From: the human T2T-CHM13v2.0 reference genome, Homo sapiens
Direction: 5' to 3' (one strand)
Length of the DNA stretch: 64,000 nt
Assembly (NCBI RefSeq): GCF_009914755.1
Contig: NC_060927.1
The notes under the pieces are model-generated. The model ran no database searches. It was not told the DNA's origin and saw only the letters and a list, made by a program, of their open reading frames with translations. The position numbers and the translations under genes are program-made. Below, piece by piece: positions 42,815 through 58,507 of this stretch (position 1 is the first letter of the stretch; every line of letters begins with the position of its first letter).

Positions 42815-43300
42815 TATCAGTCCGATCCAGCCAGGAAACCAGGAACCGTTTGCTCCACTCACATGGGGGGAATTTTACTAGAGAATGGTTTAGCCAAGGG
42901 TTATAATAACTGAGGAGACAAACAGAACACAGTGAGGCAGCACAGAGATTAACAACTGCAGGAAGCTGCTACCATCCTGCAGTTGGAGGAATATGGGAGG
43001 ATGTGGTGTAACTAATCAGGGCCAGGAAGCTGCAGGTGGCCAACAGAACTGAATGATATGCTGCTACGCAAGAGGTGCCACCCAGTGAAGTGGTGGGGGT
43101 GGGGGGGGCCTTAGGGGAGAAAATCCTGGGTCCTCACTTCCTCTGACCCCCAATTTCATAGCAATACTTCCTATCGGCTGAAGCTACCTGGAGAGTTATT
43201 GTCAAGGGGGCCTAGAAAATGTAGTTCTCTGAAATACAGAACACAGCAAGAGAAGGAGCAGGCAGGAAATTGATATTAGAACAAACAGGCAAATGGGCAG
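42815..43300 (-). mobile_element. Old ERVL-type LTR relic
   Basis: 'tatcagtccgatccagccaggaaac...caggaagctgctaccatcc'. Confidence 0.4.
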
Positions 43301-44621
43301 CTCACTTAAAAACTGAGGATAACACTTGGCTTTCAAATGTTCTCTAAGAGCTGGAGATGATTTAAGTAAGGGCTCTGTGTTTCATTCCTGGAGCAGAGCA
43401 GTTAATGTTATTATCCTCATTATTACTATTATTAGTTAACTTCTACCCTGCACTTGGGTTCCCTGTATTGAGTTGTCCAAGCTAAGCATGATGTTGTGGC
43501 AGAAGATGGAACTGTAATTGACCTGATTTACCCAGAAATTGTGAGGAATGGAATGAAACTGGACCACATTTATAACTTCCACACATATGGGGCTGGGCCC
43601 AGGAACGTGCACCAACCTCCATCTCCCATCCAATGAAATCATTTCACATCACTTATTACAGTCCAGAAGGATCGTGAGATTAGGAGTTTGCTGTTGCAAA
43701 ATGCACTCAGAGATGCTTTGTGCTAGTGGGGACTTTTTTTTTCTAGAAGTATGTTTGTATGTTGTTAGGAGAGACACACTTCTGTCCACCCATGCATGCT
43801 TCTTCCTTTTTTATAATTGTTTGCTGTGCCAACCTGTAAAACCACAAGCATAACAGCTTAGTTTAACAAGCTTCCTCTTTTAAATGCCAGCCAATGAAAT
43901 CAATGATGGGTGTAATAAGATGAAGAATGTAGCCAGTAGGGAAAGTTTCTGCCATCTTAAATGTCATACACAGAGATGAAAAGATGCACAGACTGAACGT
44001 GCATCACCAGCTCAGGACGGCCACCCAAGAAGAACCTTGGGAACTGGTTTTTTGGTAAATTAACCCCTCTGATTACTCCTGGTTTAACTCCTTGCCATTT
44101 GAGCACTAAAACCCCAAGCCTAAAAGACTTTAGAAGTTTTAGGTTTACAGAGAAATATGTGTCTTCTTCAGCTGCCCCTAGAGGTTTATTTCACCTCACT
44201 CTGCCTCTCTCGACTTATCTGTTAGGGTTCAGGCATGGTGTGGATGGCAGCAACAAATAAATGCATGATTAGGTCTTACAGTCAGCCGCCCTCTGATTCT
44301 GCTTCTAATATACCCATTTCTGGGTTAAACTTGTAAGTATCATAATCAAAGCTATTTAAATTGAACCAAAGACTTCAACTGAGAATAACATTAATTCTTC
44401 CTACTCAGTTCTTATATTAATTTCCAGAACAGCCTTCTCCTGAATTCCTCAAGGGCTAGTTGGGCTTGGGATAGGCTTCTGGGGAGCTGAGGGTAGAAGG
44501 AAAAATGGTTCTTATCCTAAGCTAGTGTTACCCAAACTTCAATTATTCTCAAAAGTCTTCAAGATCATTGTTATATCCAAATGTCACTTCTACACTTATT
44601 TACTTCCCATTTTACTTTTAA

Positions 44622-44948
<327 letters not shown>

Positions 44949-45193
44949 TTAAATTCGTTTTTAATGAAAACTTTCTATTAGTTCCATAAATGAAAAAGTG
45001 GTATCACTTGCCATAATAAAAGAGAACCATGAAAGAAAATGTGTTCTTATGTGGCCCTGGGATGTTATTGGTAGGCCCAAAATCTAAGGCCCACTCTCTA
45101 CATTAGAAAGGAGAGAATTAGCAGGTGTCAAGAGAGCTGTTAAACACATGCTGGCACAAAAATGAAATCTTTTTTCTTGAAATATTCATAAGG

Positions 45194-45280
45194 GTCTATG
45201 GCCATACCACCCTGAAGGTACCCAATCTCGTCTGATCTCAGAAGCAAGCAGGGTTGGGCCTAGTTAGTACTTGGATGGGA
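45194..45280 (+). pseudogene. 5S rRNA retropseudogene, 3'-truncated (5S nt 1-88), no poly(A)
   Basis: gtctatggccataccaccctgaa...gttagtacttggatggga: 8 substitutions (mostly at CpG) and 1 deletion versus recalled human 5S; flanking direct repeats aaatattcataagg/aaataatcagaagg. Confidence 0.95.
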
Positions 45281-45465
45281 AATAATCAGAAGGATCAAAA
45301 GATAAATGAAAAGGAGGCCATTTCCTTCTCTGTGTGATTCAGTGTCGTTCATTGTTGTGCCCATACACTACCTAAATCATAGTATGGGACACATGAACAG
45401 CTCTATCATTTGAAGGGCCCATTGCAAAATGAAAATGTGGGTCCTTGTTTAAAAAATTATTAATA

Positions 45466-46753
<1,288 letters not shown>

Positions 46754-47189
46754 AAAATTATTAATAGTTTCAAGACAGTAACAGAAGAGCAAGAACCCAA
46801 GCACTGAGCCCTTCTAAGTGTAGGACCTCACACCCATGAAGCCAGCTTTGATGGTGCATGCCCCATACTTTGTATATTACAGAGAAGGCAAGCATCCAAG
46901 GGAATGAGTACATGTGAACACCCTGTAGGAAACTTGAAGGGAAGTATGGAGGGCCATCAATGCTACCTGAGGCAGGAAACAAAGCCAAAGTATGGGACTA
47001 ATAATTCTACGTCATACTGATGAGAAGAACCACAAGACAGTCAGGTCAGATACAATAATGAGGCATGTGGCTGGAACTATTGCCTGGAACTGTTTGTGAT
47101 TTCGTTTTAGAAAACCAGTTTCCTGTTTTTTAAATAGTCAAAGTTAGAGTTGAAGAAGATGAAGGAGATAGTAATGTCATGACCTGATA

Positions 47190-47677
47190 TATCTGGCAGC
47201 ATCCTAGCAAGAAACATCCAGGGTGCTTAAAGATATAGCTGCAGAAAGTTTACTAAAGGGACAATACACAGAAAAGTGTAGGCAGGGTTACAAGCACCAA
47301 AAGGGACAATCACACAGAAGCACTAACAACAGCAGGAAGCTGTTACCAGCCCTAGACCTGAAGGGGCAAGGGGAGGCAGTGGTTATTGGAACTTAGAAAG
47401 GACTGAACTCCTGGGAGAGGGCAGGCTCACAGGAGCCAAGACCTTAGGGGAAGAAATGCAGTCACTGCCAAACCACAGCCCAGTAGGGAAGGGGCAGGAA
47501 TAATAAATGCATCAACTTATTTATCTTCCCAGGACCTCCCATTGACAGAACCCAACCCAGAACAGGAGGGCAATAGATCCTGGATGACGCAGCCCAGAAG
47601 TCAGCCTCCTGGGGCACAGAGCAGGGAGGACAAGGAGGGAGATGGGCCTGGAGGGCACCTGGAAATTAATCAGCACA
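47190..47677 (-). mobile_element. Old ERVL-type solo LTR (LTR33/LTR41-like)
   Basis: 'agcaggaagctgttaccagccctagacctgaaggggcaagggg'. Confidence 0.5.
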
Positions 47678-47725
47678 TCTGGTGACATGTATCTGTGGAG
47701 GTGCTGGGGAGTGTGTGAGACTATT

Positions 47726-47785
47726 GGGGGTGAGGGTCAGGGGGCAGCGGTGGGGTCAGTGGGGGGTGGGGGGGAGGCGGGGCGG
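47726..47785 (+). other. G-rich tract, potential G-quadruplex
   Basis: Seven runs of at least 3 G within 60 bp. Confidence 0.7.
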
Positions 47786-47799
47786 TATTTAAGAGAGTA

Positions 47800-48110
47800 G
47801 CTGATTGCACCCAGATTTTGGACTAGGCAAACTGGGTGAAAAATGACTCCATTCACTGAGCTGGGGAATTCAGAAGAGGAACATCTGGGGGAGGAGTTTT
47901 GGCTGTGCCATGTTTGGAGGCATAAAGGACATCCAGGGAACAGAGTAATCAGGACTGGCACTATAGAACTGGAGGTCATGGATCTGTAAGAGGCAGTTGA
48001 AGTCAGTGGGAAGACCAAGGACAAAGATCCAGCAACACCAACATGCAAAAGGAAATTGGGGGGAAACTAAGGAGTGGCCAGATGGGTAAGAAGAAACTGA
48101 AAAGAGTTGT
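47800..48110 (-). mobile_element. L2 relic
   Basis: 'ccattcactgagctgggga...gagttttggctgtgccatgtttggagg'. Confidence 0.55.
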
Positions 48111-49762
48111 TGGAGGGAGGGGGGGCAGGGTGGAAATATTCAGCCAAGATAATTTCCAGAGGGAGTGAGCCTTAAGTCATTGTACAAGAAGCCATTAAGT
48201 GGAATCCTGCATTGCATAGGTGTCTGGATAAGATGACCCCTTAGCCACGTCCCATCCCTGTGTTTCCACTATGATCAGAGATGAAGTAGAGCAGCAGTTC
48301 TCAGCTACCCCCTACCAAAGTTCCCAGTCTGCCCCAAAGACAGAAGGCAATGCCTCAAACACCACAATCCCCAACTTGGAGAAACCACCTCTGGCTTCCA
48401 ACCCTCCTTGCCACCAATCTCTCAGTTTCTTCTGAAGCCAGCACAGAGGGATTAGCTGAGAAGGTTTGTGTTGAGGGGAATGGAGGCCCAAGAGAAAATA
48501 GGAGGAAATGAATCTCCCTTGGAATCCTTGAGGCAAATCAGGGCTAACACTCCAGCCACAAGCTGCAGTAAGTTTGGCCTGCTGGTCAGCTATGCAGGAC
48601 AGATAGCAAAGAAGCCAACTCCTCTTGTCAGCCCCGAGCAGATGCCGAAGTTCTTCTGCAGACCCAGCTCTCTGCTACCTGCCAGTCCACGCTGCTGTCC
48701 CTCTCCACCCTTGTACTACCCTCTTCAGCCACACAACCAAATTCTGTGATTTCCTCTCTCCAGGGCATGTTTGCCCTCATCTGACTTGATGTTGAGGGTG
48801 TAGTCCCATGAGAAACTAAAGGGAAATAAGGTTAGAGAGAGCTTCCTCTGACCCTCCGCCCTCACCCCACCCCTCACGGCCAGGACAGCCCCATGCCCAG
48901 GTGTCACACAGAGGCCCCCCTCCAGCTCCCCTGCATGCCCTCGGTCTCTTTTTCAGGGAAAGCCATGGTTGAGCTGACAATCCTGCCTCTGAAAAGCCTT
49001 AAGTGCTTCCTAGAAGATGCATCTGACTTTCACCAACACTAGTGGCTAGCACTTCCGCTTCCACAACCCTGTTGCCTCTCCAGGAAAAGCCTCTTTAACC
49101 AAGACCGCCTTAAGCCACTAGCCGAATGAGGCCAGTTCCTCTCAGCTACTTCTCATTTGCCTTCTGCCTGCCCTGTCAATGGCATTTGCCAGTGCTCAGT
49201 TAATGTTTCTGGAACTCTGGAACTACAGTTTTCTTATTCACTGAGGTAGCCAAACTAGAGTGCTTCCCAAAAGCGCTTCTTCTGACTCTCTACTAAAACT
49301 GTCTTTAATCGTCTTGCCTGAAAGTCATGGTACAATACCAGATGCTTCAGGGAGAAATGACTCATAACCCCTTCCCTTAAGAAGCTCATAGTCTTGGGGG
49401 AGAGACAGGGAAGTGCGCAGTAACTCCATTAGAAGTTATATGAGGAAGTATGAAAAGATTACAGAGGAGGAAGCCATTAAATCCAACTAGAAACTGTTAT
49501 TTCAATAACAGCTACATTTAATACTGAAATCCTGCTATTATGCACCAGACTATGTATTAGCTAACTCTTACACCCCATGATGTAGCCAGTCTTATTAGCC
49601 TCGTTGTATACATAAGGGAGACAAAGAAAGGAAACTTACCAAAGGCTACAGGACACCAAGTAAATGACACTGGATGCAGACAAACCCCTCCCACTCCAAA
49701 ACCTGTGTTTATTACCATAGTAGACAGTAACTGGACCAACACTGGCATTTACTGAACACTAG

Positions 49763-50710
<948 letters not shown>

Positions 50711-51059
50711 CCTGCCTCACAAGGGGGCAATGCAGTGGGAGGGGACACTTCACACGCAGCAGGCGGCAGGACTAGGGCAGGAGCGTGAGAGCCATGCATG
50801 TTCTACCATGCACTTATGAAACGTTCCATTGCTCCTCTACTGTATCCCCAGCAACCTCCACCGCACTGGGTTTACAACTCTCCTCTTGAAATTATAGAAA
50901 TAAACTCTCGGTCAGTGCAGTAAGCTGAAGTGAAGCAACCCTTGATTCCAGAGGCCAGAGGCAGCTTCCCCTTTCTTCTATCCAACCATGAAAAAGCAGT
51001 CCTCTGCCTTGTGCAGTGGTATTGCTGGCTCTCAGTCACTAGTATTTTCTGAGGCTAGC

Positions 51060-51250
51060 AGTATAGAATTGCAGTTGAATGCTTGAACTCTGTGTGTCCT
51101 TGGGCAAGTTATTAACCTCTCTGAACCTCAGTTTGTTTCATCTCTAAAGAAAGACACAGATACTTACCTAGTAGAGTTGGGTGAGGATTAGATGATATTC
51201 TGGCTGTGATGCATTTAGCACAGTACGTGGGGTATAGTGAGCATTTAATC
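51060..51250 (+). mobile_element. MIR SINE
   Basis: 'tgtgtccttgggcaagttattaacctctctgaacctcagttt'. Confidence 0.8.
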
Positions 51251-52994
51251 AAGAATTGTTGTGCATATTTTAACATTTCTGAGTCAATTCACTTCAGCAT
51301 CAAAGGGGAGAACTAGAGGCAGTTACTTATCATTTAAAGAAAGAGGATAATATAATGCAGACAGTGCTAGACTTGCTGGGTGAAAGATTTCATTTTCCAG
51401 CTTTAGGATCTTAGGGCCAGTAATCTCTCTGAATTTGGGTTTTTCTATCATAAGTGGAGATAACCATTTTTTTCTACCTCAAAACATTGTTGAGGCTCAA
51501 TGGTGATCACAAATGTAAAATGCTTGTAAACCCTAATGTGATATAAAAATGTTATTATTGTGATTATCATAATGATAAGAATCAAAGCTTCACTCTCCCC
51601 AGCACAAGTATATACTCGCTCTGTGAGACTGACTGCTCCTCAGTTGCTGGAACAAGAGCAAGGCATTTTCACCCTAAGGTCACTGCCATTGGAGGGAGTG
51701 TGTGATTAATATCAGAGACACTCTGTAACAGCTGCTCAGGGTGAGCCACTCATACCATCAGTGTCAAGGGCTGGGCTGCTAATTTATTTATGTATGAAGA
51801 TGACAACCAGGGAAAGCAATTAGGACTTGGGCATCTGTTGTGATCCTCTCTCGCTGGACCTGTGGCAGTGGGGCACCACAAAAACCTTAACAACAGTTGC
51901 TAACTGCTAAGTACCATCCTTCTGCATTGGCTCAGGATCACTGACTCTTTATTTGCCAAACAAGTCATATTTGTGCTCCAATCCCTTGTCTGTTCCCTTC
52001 CTTGAGCCAACCCAAATTACAGGACAAGTGGCAGGAGTGCCGAAGGGAAATGGGCTTGGAGGCAAAGATGTGTGTTGGGTGATGGGGGCTGGGAGATTCT
52101 AAAGTATTTTCAGAGTTCTTTACTGCTATCAATTAAATGAATCCCTGCAACAGCCCTGGAAAGTAGGTCAATATTATTATAGCTGCATCATGGATGAGAA
52201 AACAGGCTTAAGAAGAATGGGTTGCCCAAGGCTCAGCCACCCATCAGAGGAGCTGAAGCAGAATTAGATGGACAAATTCCTGACACTGAATCCTTGGCCA
52301 AGTGTCTGCTTACTTAGCATGCAGCAGGTGATCAATAAATGGTAGACTCCTTACTGACTTGACTCACTGAGTCTTAAAATGATGTATTAATCCCCTCCTG
52401 GGCACAGTGGCAGATTCTAGACCCAATTCAGATCCTAAAGCCAGAGGAGCTTTTAAACACAGGTCCTAAAACCCGCATAATTCAAGAAGTATCTTTGGAG
52501 GCACCCCAACTGAAAGAGAGTTGAAGAGGTAGCTTGGTCTTCATAGAGCACGTTGCTTGGGCTGCCCAAAATCTGAAAACGGTTCTTACCAGAAGGCAGA
52601 GAAGTTGGCAGGGGTTCCCTTCCCTTTCCCCCACCTTTATAACCCTATGGAAGCCAAATTTGGTTCCATTTCACATCTCAGAGGAAGTTAGAGATTGTAT
52701 GTGGTGCAGGGAGGGCAAGATCTGGGGTGGGGTGCACCATGGAGATGCCAGTGGCCACAGGCGTTACGCCTGGAGATATGATTCCCATGAGACTGTTCCC
52801 AACGCACATCTTTGGCTTTTTTACTTCCCTTGTCTCCCCAAAGTCTGTGCTCCAGTTTTCCAATCGATTCCAATAAACTCTTTCTGCCTTAAATTAACTG
52901 GACTCTCTTTCTGTTGTTTGCAACCCCGAATAGTACAGTTTCTGACCTAGAAATGTAAGTGCTTGCCAAGAGGGATTAAAATTGCCAGCTTCAG

Positions 52995-53680
52995 ATTTCT
53001 GTACATTGCTGGTAAGAAGGTAAACAGGCACAACACCCATGCAGGGCAATTTGGTAATAGCTATCATGGATCCTTTGACCCAGCTCTCCGCTGTGGGGAA
53101 TTTATCCTACATATACACTTGCACAATTGCAAAAGGACTTACATGCAAAGTCATTATGCGCTTCTGTGCCTATGCACCGAATCATTCACTATAGCGGTAT
53201 TCGTAATAGCAAAACACTTGAAAGGCTCCAAAGGTCTATCAAGAGAGGACTGATTAGGTAAATTATGGCATATATACCTGATGGAAAGTTATCCAGTTGC
53301 TTTTTTTTCTTTTTCACGAGGGTACTTCTTATGTACTGATATGGAAAAATTTCCCAGATATGCCAATAAGTAAAAAAAAAAAAAAAGAAAAGAAAAGGAA
53401 AAAAAGAAAAAAAATTAAAGAAAAGGTTCAGAACAGTGTATACAAGATACTATCTTTTATAAAAATAGGAGAAAATGGATCTACATTTGCTCTTTCTTAA
53501 ATATGTGTGAAGCAACTCTAGCAGGTCACAAAGAAACAGAAGTTTTCCTGTTGGAAGAGAAACAATGAGGCACCTAAAAGAACAAGATGAGGGAACACTT
53601 ATTACATTTTTCACTGGGTACCTTTTCAGGTTTTTACAGTTTTTGAATCAGGTCAATAGGCATCTATTCAAATTATTAAA
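52995..53680 (+). mobile_element. Old L1ME-type 3' relic
   Basis: 'tacattgctggta...gtaatagcaaaac...aaattatggcatat'. Confidence 0.6.
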
Positions 53681-53752
53681 TTTTACAATTGCCACCTCAA
53701 AGACTGAAAACCAGCCCAAATTTAATTCATTTGATCACCCTCCCATCCCCTG

Positions 53753-53787
<35 letters not shown>

Positions 53788-53794
53788 CACACAC
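53753..53794. repeat. (CA)n microsatellite with one interruption
   Basis: Read directly. Confidence 0.95.
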
Positions 53795-55224
53795 CAACCC
53801 ACCCATCACCCTCAGCGTGTGGCTAGGGCAAAATGGTTAATGGTGGCCATTGGGTTGTCAGATTCCAGCACATGCAGAAGGCAGGTCAAAGACTTCTCTG
53901 TGGAGTATTGCCTTCACACAGCAAGAAGAGACTATTGAAAAGACAGAATAGGCTGCTGAAAACAAAGTGAGATGGTTTCTATTGCAGGGGAAAAAGAAGG
54001 TTCATAGTATCTTTTGATTTGTAAAATATAAAGAGACATTACATTTCAGCACATGTTCTTAAGAACTGCCTCCCCAAGTCATACAATTCACTGGCCCTGC
54101 CATGGAGACACCCTCCTCACAAACTGGAAAATAGCCCATTCAGAATGAATTACTGGGAAATAAGGAGTCCTGGCAAATTATTTGCATCAATGGAATATAT
54201 CTGGAGTGATTATTCTGCAAATACTGCCCAACGAAGAGATTTGAGTTTTCTTGCTTGCAGGTCCACAGAGATCAAACTCAAACAAAGGTCCCCAAGACAA
54301 AACTTACTTATCCTCTAAGTCATCTACTTGAAAATCAATAATATTTCAAATTTAATGAGTTGTAAGACAAGTAAATTAGAGTTTGGCATAAGCAATATTG
54401 ATTAGATGATTCTGTCAACTGGAACCCATAACTATCCTCTGTAATTAAGTATTCCATGTAGGGTACAATGCACTCAATGCTGGTTGCCTTTATGAGTATA
54501 TCAGAGGTCTGCCTATTCCTGTAATGAAAGTCGTTTTCCACACACTGGCTGGCAGTCTGTGCCCTGCCTAGTACGGGTGTCCCTGCCCTTTTTCTTGGCA
54601 GCAGCAGGCTTCAGTGATAAGTGGATTTCCCCAAGCACTAATCACCCCTTGCTCTAGTCACAGAGCTTCAGCAAATTTAAACATCAAAATGAAGAACGGC
54701 AACTAAAAAAAAAAATCACGTGGAAGAAACTGCCTTCAGTAAAAGAGCTTCTGTGGAATAATATGCAACTGTTGGGAGCTGTTCTTTAAAGTTCCCCTTG
54801 CAGTTTGCATTTCATAGAAGCTTGGGGATGGCCAAAGTAAATTTCTCACTAAATTGACTAAAGAAGGAGCAAAAGGGCAGAATCTAAAACATCTACTGTC
54901 ACCATTCAACATCAAATGTCCTAGTCCTACCTCTCAACATGAAAGTACCTTGCCTATATCAATCTTTTCTGTCCCTCCCTAGGGAAACCTTATTTTTTAA
55001 ATCTGAGTAATGGCTGCTTTTTAATTAATTAATTTAATTAATGTTAAATGGAATCTCTGACATTTTAGTAGTCCTGGGATCTCTGGAGCACAGTGCCCGA
55101 CAGTCCATTTTACTAAGGAAAAGAAACATCAGAGATTGCATATGAAATTTTCCACGTTGCATTTAGCCCCCAGCTGTTTTAAATAGGGAAAACAGAAAGG
55201 CAAAGAGCACTAAATCCTCAACAT

Positions 55225-55377
55225 TTTGAGAGTATGGACTGGACTGATTTAGGCACCACTTGGAAGCTTGTTAGAAATGCAAAGCCCTCTGGTCCCATCC
55301 CAGACCTGCAGAATCAGAATCTGCATTTTAATCAGGTCCCCAGGTGATTCCCATACACATTAGAATTTGAGTAGTAC
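55225..55377. mobile_element. MER5A
   Basis: 'gcttgttagaaatgcaaa...cccagacctgcagaatcagaatctgcattttaa...ccccaggtgattc'. Confidence 0.85.
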
Positions 55378-57529
55378 ACCTAGGTTTGAATCAGACTCTG
55401 CTCTTACTAGCTGTGTGAACTTGGCCAAGTTACATAGCCTCTCTGTATTTCAGTGTGCCTGGCACATAATAGGCACTCAGTAAATGTTAGCTATTAAAGG
55501 AGACCTATTTCTGGAATAAATGAGAGGTTCTTGGGCTTTGGACAGAGAGAGATCCTTGGGAGAAAAAACAACATATGCCTGATATAAATTGACAAAGATT
55601 TTACTGGAGCCAGAGAAACAGAAATGGGTGAAAAATAAGCAGTGATACCTAAAAGGGGAGATAATTGAAGACAGAGATGTGTCCATATTCCTTCTCCACC
55701 TTGAGCAAAGAGGTTCAATAAAACGATTTAAAAAGGAAAAACAAAAACAAGATTTGAAATTTCACAGCCCTGGATTGAAACCCTGCCTCCACTATTTCCT
55801 GGCAGTATAAATCTCAGCAATTTTCTGACCTCCCTGAGCCTCCATCTTCAGTATGTATAAATTTGATGTGGACATTGATAGTTACCTGTAGAAGTTGTTA
55901 TAAAGATTAAATTTAAACTATGTATAATAAGAAATGTGTGTTTCATATAGTAGCAGAGTTTCTGTAAGACCAAACCAGATGAATCTCTGAAGACATGGGC
56001 TAGATTTTGAGTGATTCTCAACCCTGGCTGCATATTTCAAAACACATGAAGCTGAGTTTTTTTTAAAGACCTATATCTGGGTCTCACACCCAACCAATTA
56101 AATAAGAAACTTTTGGGATGGTGCCTAGCCCTTAGTATTTTCAAATATTCAGCCCAAGATTGAGTCCTACTATGATAGAAGGAAACAAAAAAGAAATAGC
56201 AAAATCAGTCTGAAAAAAAAATTAAACAGTAATCTTGGGTGAGAAAAACAGATGGAAAAAAAAGAGGCCTGGAGAGAGTTGAAAAAGGAGCACCTTGGGC
56301 CATGGTGGGGTGTCTGTAACTACAGCAGCAAAAATGGTTAAAGGTCTTATTAAAGAATAGAGAAATCCAATATTATTGATACTGGCTACCGCTGTCAAAT
56401 CTCCAGTGAAAGCAATCACGCAGTTTATGTGTGGCATATTTGGGAGGAAATCAGAAAGACACTCAAGGAGAAATGGCCATTGACCTTCCTTTGGGTTGAC
56501 AGGAAAGCCGATATAGGACAAGAACACAAGCAGAATGTAAGGATTCAGCAACAGCTAGAAATGGAGTCAGAGATGACCAGGAGACACAGAAAACCACAGG
56601 AAGTCATAGAAATACTAGGGAGAGGATTGGACTTTCTATGCCATGAAGAATTAGGGTGTGAGTCCATTTTCTCTGGAGCCCAAGAGGAAAGGGGAACTCA
56701 GCTGATTTCTGATTTACACATAGACGCAGTTCACACTAAACAGGTGGTGGTAGTTATAATTAGTCCTGAAAAACTGAAATCTCAACTCCCTCCGCATATT
56801 TGATATTCATTCCTCTGTATTAAAGCCATCGTTATAGAAACTCTGCTAACTAATGTGGCAGTTTGCTACCCATCACGTTTGCAAATAGACCTTTTGACTC
56901 TAAGGTTTCCCAAATTTTGTATTAGCAAATATATCTTGGCACATGGATTTTCACAACCATTTGTAGGGAGGAGACATGGCCTGTGTTTAATACACTTCTG
57001 TTAAGATCCCCAATTTCCAGAATCCTAATATTTGTCACCCAAGAGTCATGAAACTGACAGGGATGCAGGCTGAGAGGAGCTGTACTGTGTGAGCAAGAGG
57101 CTGACACATTTGCATTCACGAGGCTTGCTTCAGCCTCCTCCAGGGTTCCCATGATGCTGTTATGAGCAGAAACAACTCAACAGAACTCCAATTAAATCAA
57201 GTGACTGTGCATCACATAACATTTAGGAGTGCACAGATTTTTTTCTATATAGATGGCCTCTTACAGTCATGATTAAACTTTAACACATAGAGTGAAATCA
57301 TTTACAAAGAACCAACATCAACCAGTGTGAAGTGAGGAAAATCTTTAAGCTTTCAAGGCTGAAAATGAAGGGAAACGTCTTCATCTAAAGATCATAAAAG
57401 TAATTTGTCTCATTAAACATTGGATTCTCTTGGCATGATTACTTTTATAAATGTTTAAGACTTCTGATTTGTTCCCTTTTCTATGAAATAAGAAGGAATT
57501 ACTAAAGAGTAGAAACTTAGTTTTTCTGG

Positions 57530-57820
57530 CTGACTCATATTCTTCCTTCTAGACTCAGCTCAGATATCTTATCCTCCAAGAAGCTACCCCTGACCTCCAG
57601 GCCAGGGGAAGCTTTCCTCTCCCTGAGTGTCCTTAGCAGCCTCTTTGTGTCTCTACTTCATAATTTCTTATTTTATGTTGAGGTTATCTTTATGTGTCTG
57701 CCTCCCCTATAAGACTGTATACTGCTCACTGTTATACCCCTAGCACCTGACACCGTGCCTGGCACAAGAGAGAAAATCAGTGTTTGTGGGACCGTTGAAA
57801 TCAGCTGAAAAATGAATGGA
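57530..57820 (+). mobile_element. L2 3' end
   Basis: 'cttctagactcagctcagat...ccctagcacctgacaccgtgcctggcaca'. Confidence 0.7.
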
Positions 57821-58091
57821 AGAGAATTCAATATATCCCAGAATCTGTGTTACTATAAACAGGGGCACCCGTTGCTTTCTTCCTATCCTGAATAATAACT
57901 GAGGGCATTAGCCTGTTGTCCCAATTCCATGGTGAGACAGTCTACCTAAAGAAGATTGTTCCTTTGAAATAATGAAACAACTGAAAATTCTCAAAACCAG
58001 CTTAGGCTGTTAGCTCCAGGGGATGAGGGAGTTTGTCTTCCCAGTTCAGCACTGCATCCCCAGGACTTAGCTCAAGGTCTGCCCGCAATAG

Positions 58092-58507
58092 CCACCGGCA
58101 CAGGACATGAAGATGAACCACCCAGATCCCCTTCAAGGAAGGACCTGCTGCCCCTGCAGAGTGTAGCCAGCACACAGCCTTCAGCTGTCAGGGCCTTCAG
58201 AGACTGCCTCAGCTATGCCTTACCTCAGCTATGCCCTTCCTGGGGCAGCCCTCATCCAGTGAATGAGCAAAGTAGAGGTACAAAGCACAGCCATCGTGGC
58301 TAGATGCAGCCATAGGACAATTCCAACAGGCAACACCCACTCCAGATCTCCCCACCAGCTTCCCATTTGTCCTGTATTGCAGTTTAACTTTCCCTCTGCC
58401 CAATCCTGCTTTCTCTCCCTCACCATTACAGGTGTTGGTTCCTAATCAATATTTTGTTCCCCAAACTCTGTCTGAATATCTCCTCCAGAAAAATCCATCC
58501 TGTGAAA
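58092..58507 (+). mobile_element. LTR16-family (ERVL) solo LTR inserted in an L2 tail
   Basis: 'cagatccccttcaaggaagg...gcagccctcatccagtga...ccctctgcccaatcctgctt'. Confidence 0.75.

Noticed and set aside
45194-45280. Functional 5S rRNA gene
   Set aside because: Lacks the last ~33 nt and the Pol III terminator, shows CpG decay, and is a solitary insertion with a TSD.
54308-54518. Possible minus-strand exon (ctttcattacAG ... GTAAGT)
   Set aside because: Weak polypyrimidine tract, 211-nt length and an in-frame stop in the listed ORF frame; not supportable without transcript data.
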